Origin: Candidatus Hydrogenedentota bacterium
GTDB taxonomy: Bacteria; Hydrogenedentota; Hydrogenedentia; Hydrogenedentales; SLHB01
Length of the DNA stretch: 64,000 bases
NCBI GenBank assembly: GCA_963745075.1
Contig: CAVUWV010000014.1
Location: 128,001-192,000, forward strand
Reading direction: 5' to 3'
Below, piece by piece: positions 59,303 to 64,000 of this stretch. Position 1 is the stretch's first letter. Every line of letters begins with the position of its first letter. The notes beneath the pieces are model-generated. The model had not been told where the DNA came from. It did no database searches and saw only the letters and a program-made list of their open reading frames with translations. Both the position numbers and the translations under genes were made by a program.

Positions 59303-62300
59303 ATGGCTCGAAAAAAGACTCGTTCAGTAAAACGGTTCAGTCAATCGGATCTTTTGGACCGGTATCGAAAACTCGAATCCTACCAACAAGCCTTTGTCCA
59401 GTTCATGTCCATTGCCTACGAACCTGTGAATGGCACGAAGGCGCTTCAAGCGTTTGCGAACGCGGGAATCGTCAAGGACGACGGGAAACCCTTTGACGCT
59501 TCCACCTACCGTGAGACTCTTGGCAAGCTCCTCGATTACGGATTGCTCGAGAATAACCAACACTTGCAGCCACGCTGCAACCCGAATATTGCCGAAGTGG
59601 CGACGCGCGATGCGGTGCGTGATGGCCGTTTCGAGGCTATGATTGGTGCGGTGAGGCGGATCCTCCCCAACGCGGGCAAGGAAGCGCCATTCTACTATTT
59701 CCGCAGCTTTCTGCAGGCCGTGCGCGAGTTCCGGTTGCATTTCTACCAGGGCAATACGGATCGTGCATTCTCTATTCTGGATCGGATTTACGAACAGCAT
59801 CGCTACGAGACCCTCGATCACGATCCAATGCAAGCCATCGCCGATGCGCCCTTCGACGAGGAATGGCTGGCCAATGTTCCGATTGCCGTCGCCGATCCGG
59901 TGCTTTGGTCGAAACTAAGTTCTTCTGCCCATTCACTTACGCTCGCGGAAGAGGCCTACGATTTTCTCTCGAAACACTGGAACACCTACGACACCGGTGG
60001 CGAACCGCCGACGCTCCTTTTGCTCCTCGCCGAACAAGCGCTATGGCGCGGCCGGCTTCGCGAACTGGAATCCGTACTTTCCAACTCGACATTCGTGGGA
60101 GCGAAGTACTACTTGGCCGCGCAGGCGCTCTTCGACGGGAACAACGACGAGGCCCTTCGCCTTTTCGACGAAGGTAATGCCATGTCGCGGTCGATCACGC
60201 GCAAACGCAACCCCGAGATCCCGGGACCGTTGGGCCTCTTCTACGGGCTCACGTTGATCAAAACCGGCGACCGAAAACACATCCGTTCCGCCCAACAGTT
60301 CTTGCGCCGTCGGTACAAGTCCAGCGGTTCGATTGCCGCGTACGCGCTCGTCGAACTTACGGAAGACTCCCTTGGCAACCCGCCCCCTTCCCGGCATGAA
60401 GAAACCGTCGACTATTTTGTATTCGGCGGCGATACCCCGCTCGAGGCTATTCTACTCTTGCTCGTTTCTTGTTGGCGCGGCAACGATCTGGCTGACCGCT
60501 GGGGCGATGCGATGCGGCGTCAGTTTGACAGAGCCGTCGGTGGAGGTTACCGCTGGCTGGCCGCCGAAACAGCTTCGGCACTTGCGCTTGCCAATCTGGA
60601 AAACGCGGATCATGCGCAATTTGCCGAGAGTTTCTACGAGGAAACCGGGATGCGGCCCTTGTCCGCATTGCTCGAAAAACAAGAGGCGTGGGAACGGGGC
60701 TTGGAAGCACTGGCCAATGTCGCCGAAGGCGAGAAGTCCGATGCACCCGATGCAGAGGTCCGGCTCGCTTGGAGAATCGACTTTTCCGGAGACTACTGTG
60801 CCGTGGAAGCCCGCGAGGTGAAAAAACGCGCGAACGGTGCCTGGACGAAAGGCAAGGTCGTTTCAGCCAAGCGCCTCAACACCCAGCCGGAACAGTTCAA
60901 TTATCTGACCCCACAAGACCGGGAAGCGTGCAATCACATCTCGGTCGAGGTGGAGCGCTATGGTTACTACACCCCCAAGACGCGCTATTTCTTTACGCCA
61001 CGAGTCGTTCTCGCCCTTGTCGGCCATCCCCTGGTCTTTCGGAACAATGGTAATCGGCTCGAAGTGACAAGAGGCGAACCCGAACTCCGCGTGATGCGCA
61101 AAGGCAAGCGTGTGGTTATCCATCTGGCCCCCTCCATTTCCGACGAGGCCGACGTGTGTGTTGTTCCCGAGACTGTTGCCCGCATCAAAGTGGTTGAATT
61201 CACGCCGGCCCACCGGCGCATCGCGACAATCCTCGGCCAGGGTTTGGAAGTGCCCATCGAACACGAATCGCGTGTACTCGATACACTTTCGAGCGTGGCG
61301 TCCCTTATTACGATACACTCCGACATCGGCGGCGGAATGGAAAACGTCCCGGAAGTTCCCGCCGATGGGCGGCCGCGAGTCATACTGGTGCCGTCCGGTG
61401 AGGGGCTCCGTGTCCAATTAATGGTCCAACCGCTGACGGGGGGCGCCTACTATCGTCCGGGCGGAGGCGGGGAAACCGTCATGGCCGAGGTGGAGGGTCA
61501 ACGGGTACAGACCCGCCGTAATCTCAAATCGGAGACCGGAAACGTGGAGGATATCCTGGCCAAATGCTCCACGCTTCGCCGCTCCCAGGAAATCGATGGC
61601 GAATGGTATCTCGACGATCCCGGCGATTGCCTGGAACTGCTGACCGAACTCCGTGAACTCGGTGATACAGCCGTCGTCGAATGGCCGCAGGGCGAGAAGA
61701 TGCGCGTGGCGCAGACCGCCTCGTTTGCCAACCTCCGTTTCCGGTTGAAGGGTCAGCGGGAATGGTTCGAGGCCTCCGGTAGCCTTCAATTGGATGACGG
61801 CCGTGTCATGGACATTCGCAAGCTCCTCGATCTACTGGACGAGGGCACCGGCCGGTTCGTGCCCATGGGCGACGGCGAGTATCTGGCCTTGACCAAAGAG
61901 TTCCGGAAGCGTTTGGACGAGTTCAGTGCCGTCTCCGAGTCGCGCGGCGAAGGCTATCGCATCCACCCGTTGGCGGCGCCGACCCTGGAAGGTCTCATCG
62001 AGGGCGTCGGTGAGTTCAAAGCGGATGCGGCGTGGAAGAACCACATCAAGCGATTTCGCGAAGCCGAGACCATCGAAGCGATCGTGCCGACCACGTTTCG
62101 AGCCACCCTGCGTGATTACCAGCTTGAGGGTTTTCAATGGCTCACTCGCCTCGACCACTGGGGCGCAGGCGCTTGCCTAGCGGATGATATGGGACTCGGC
62201 AAGACCGTCCAAGCACTCGCTTTCATCCTCTCGAAAGGCACAGAAGGACCGGCTCTCGTCATTGCGCCGACTTCCGTATGCATGAACTGGATGGAGGAAG

Positions 62301-63481
62301 CCCGCCGTTTCGCACCGTCGTTGAATCCGATCCTCTTCGGTCCTGGCGATCGGCAAGCCACACTCGACGCGCTGGAGCCGATGGATATGCTCGTGTGCAG
62401 CTACGGCCTGCTGTATCAGGAAGAGGACAAGCTCGGGGCGCGCCAGTGGCGTGTGGCCGTCCTCGATGAGGCACAGGCGATCAAAAACGTAGCCACCCGG
62501 CGGTCGAAGGCCGCAATGAACCTGCAGGCCGATTTCCGCCTCATCACCACGGGGACCCCCATTGAAAACCATCTCGGCGAATTGTGGAACCTGTTCTGTT
62601 TCATCAATCGCGGACTGTTGGGGTCCCTGGAGAGGTTCACGCAGCAGTTTGCCAATCCTATCGAACGTCGTCAAGACCGAGAAGCGCGCAACCAGCTCAA
62701 ACGGATCGTTCAGCCGTTCATGTTGCGCCGGGTGAAAGAAGAGGTGCTCGAAGAGTTGCCCGCCCGCACGGAAATTCTACTTCATGTCGAGTTCAGCGAC
62801 GAGGAGGCCGCCTACTACGAGGCCTTGCGTCAGCAAGCCGTCGACAAGCTTGCCAATGCCAAAGGAAACGCCGGCCAAAAGCATCTTCAGATACTTGCGG
62901 AAATCATGCGGCTGCGCCGCGCCTGTTGCAATTCCAAACTCGTGTCTCCCGAAATGGCGGTCCCGAGTACCAAACTCTCCGTCTTCATGGAATTGGTGGA
63001 CGAATTAGTCGAAAACCGCCACAAGGCGCTGGTCTTCAGCCAATTCGTCGACCATCTCAGCATTCTCCGCGAGGCGCTCGACAAACGGGAGATTGCCTAC
63101 CAGTACCTCGATGGTTCGACGCGGCAACGCGAACGGAAGCGGCGTGTCGACGCGTTCCAATCCGGCGAAGGAGATCTGTTCCTCATCAGTCTCAAAGCGG
63201 GCGGCACCGGTCTCAACCTTACCGCCGCCGACTACGTGATTCATATGGACCCGTGGTGGAATCCAGCCGTCGAAGATCAAGCCTCTGACCGCGCCCATCG
63301 GATCGGACAGAAGCGGCCCGTGACGATCTATCGACTGGTCACAAAAGATACGATCGAGAGCAAGATAGTCGAACTGCACAATAAGAAACGGGACCTCGCC
63401 GACAGTCTCCTCGAAGGCGCCGAAATGACCGGCAAGATGTCTGCGGACGAATTGCTGGCGCTCTTGCAAGAAAGTCTATAG
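59303..63481 (+). CDS. SNF2-family helicase with large N-terminal helical region
   Basis: LADDMGLGKT, DEAQ, TGTPIEN, LVFSQF, QASDRAHRIGQ. Confidence 0.95.
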   Translation: MARKKTRSVKRFSQSDLLDRYRKLESYQQAFVQFMSIAYEPVNGTKALQAFANAGIVKDDGKPFDASTYRETLGKLLDYGLLENNQHLQPRCNPNIAEVATRDAVRDGRFEAMIGAVRRILPNAGKEAPFYYFRSFLQAVREFRLHFYQGNTDRAFSILDRIYEQHRYETLDHDPMQAIADAPFDEEWLANVPIAVADPVLWSKLSSSAHSLTLAEEAYDFLSKHWNTYDTGGEPPTLLLLLAEQALWRGRLRELESVLSNSTFVGAKYYLAAQALFDGNNDEALRLFDEGNAMSRSITRKRNPEIPGPLGLFYGLTLIKTGDRKHIRSAQQFLRRRYKSSGSIAAYALVELTEDSLGNPPPSRHEETVDYFVFGGDTPLEAILLLLVSCWRGNDLADRWGDAMRRQFDRAVGGGYRWLAAETASALALANLENADHAQFAESFYEETGMRPLSALLEKQEAWERGLEALANVAEGEKSDAPDAEVRLAWRIDFSGDYCAVEAREVKKRANGAWTKGKVVSAKRLNTQPEQFNYLTPQDREACNHISVEVERYGYYTPKTRYFFTPRVVLALVGHPLVFRNNGNRLEVTRGEPELRVMRKGKRVVIHLAPSISDEADVCVVPETVARIKVVEFTPAHRRIATILGQGLEVPIEHESRVLDTLSSVASLITIHSDIGGGMENVPEVPADGRPRVILVPSGEGLRVQLMVQPLTGGAYYRPGGGGETVMAEVEGQRVQTRRNLKSETGNVEDILAKCSTLRRSQEIDGEWYLDDPGDCLELLTELRELGDTAVVEWPQGEKMRVAQTASFANLRFRLKGQREWFEASGSLQLDDGRVMDIRKLLDLLDEGTGRFVPMGDGEYLALTKEFRKRLDEFSAVSESRGEGYRIHPLAAPTLEGLIEGVGEFKADAAWKNHIKRFREAETIEAIVPTTFRATLRDYQLEGFQWLTRLDHWGAGACLADDMGLGKTVQALAFILSKGTEGPALVIAPTSVCMNWMEEARRFAPSLNPILFGPGDRQATLDALEPMDMLVCSYGLLYQEEDKLGARQWRVAVLDEAQAIKNVATRRSKAAMNLQADFRLITTGTPIENHLGELWNLFCFINRGLLGSLERFTQQFANPIERRQDREARNQLKRIVQPFMLRRVKEEVLEELPARTEILLHVEFSDEEAAYYEALRQQAVDKLANAKGNAGQKHLQILAEIMRLRRACCNSKLVSPEMAVPSTKLSVFMELVDELVENRHKALVFSQFVDHLSILREALDKREIAYQYLDGSTRQRERKRRVDAFQSGEGDLFLISLKAGGTGLNLTAADYVIHMDPWWNPAVEDQASDRAHRIGQKRPVTIYRLVTKDTIESKIVELHNKKRDLADSLLEGAEMTGKMSADELLALLQESL

Positions 63482-63494
63482 ACTTTGGTCCGGT

Positions 63495-63998
63495 TTACCA
63501 GTCCGCGGAGAAGCCATAGTCGAATAGCGAGGGAAAGCGGAAACGTTCGGCCCGAATAAACTCGCCCGAGACGATATCCACGTACACCGCGAACGAATCT
63601 TCCCCCTCGATATTCATTGGACTGACGAGGCACTGTGCGCAGGGCTGGGAGGGAGGCGGGTTCTTCAAGAGATGCCCGATGCGGTCGCGTTGCACGTAGG
63701 AAAAATAAGCGGCCGGCCACAGGATGCATTGCGGCGCGCAGTCCTCCAACGAATCGCTTCCGGCCAACTCTCGCGCGACGTATTCCTGCGCGGTTCTGCA
63801 GACCGTCGGCGAGTCCGCCCAGTCCTTGGGCAGTTCCTGAGGTTCAATCGTCAGGTCGCCTGGAAACGCGCCGTAACATGCATATACATATTCGACATCG
63901 GGAAGGGAAAGCCCCTTCTTCGGCTTCTTCTCCCAACCCTTCGCCTTGCCCTTGGCCACACGGATCAAATACGCTGCATTCGCCTCAGGCGAATAGTA
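63495..63998 (-). CDS. Hypothetical protein, 5' end outside the window
   Basis: Frame stays open to the window edge (..YYSPEANAAYLIRVAK..); no motif recognised. Confidence 0.55.
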   Translation of the reverse strand, partial: YYSPEANAAYLIRVAKGKAKGWEKKPKKGLSLPDVEYVYACYGAFPGDLTIEPQELPKDWADSPTVCRTAQEYVARELAGSDSLEDCAPQCILWPAAYFSYVQRDRIGHLLKNPPPSQPCAQCLVSPMNIEGEDSFAVYVDIVSGEFIRAERFRFPSLFDYGFSADW

Positions 63999-64000
63999 GT

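Noticed and set aside
59303..63481. SNF2 helicase as part of a defence system
   Set aside because: No methylase, nuclease or other defence gene adjacent within the window

Overview
GC-rich (~60% by eye) diderm bacterial chromosome segment. A DUF1559/H-X9-DG-CTERM remnant and an alginate-export-type porin suggest Candidatus Hydrogenedentota, but this is inference. Left to right: hopanoid genes shc and hpnH, then ~14.5 kb of accessory cargo before an hpnG-like gene. The cargo holds a Clp-N protein, HicAB, a degenerate copy of the hpnH 3' end, rlpA, VOC/TetR/methyltransferase, an Rrf2-led tetraheme cytochrome c/4Fe-4S/NrfD operon, a three-domain GH29 fucosidase and VapBC. Next come a transglutaminase-like gene, a gene-poor 1.2 kb stretch (MITE-like element, sigma54 promoter, 48-aa ORF, structured RNA candidate), carbohydrate and lipid genes, a Pho cluster (porin <- -> phoBR-pstSCAB-phoU, convergent DUF47-pit), a degenerate xylose-isomerase-like gene, hflX, TPR, SLC13, GH28, lipB and a SNF2 helicase. 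I saw no rRNA, tRNA, CRISPR array, integrase or transposase. Two genes carry +1 frameshifts that may be sequencing errors. All calls come from reading motifs by eye; no searches or folding programs were run.
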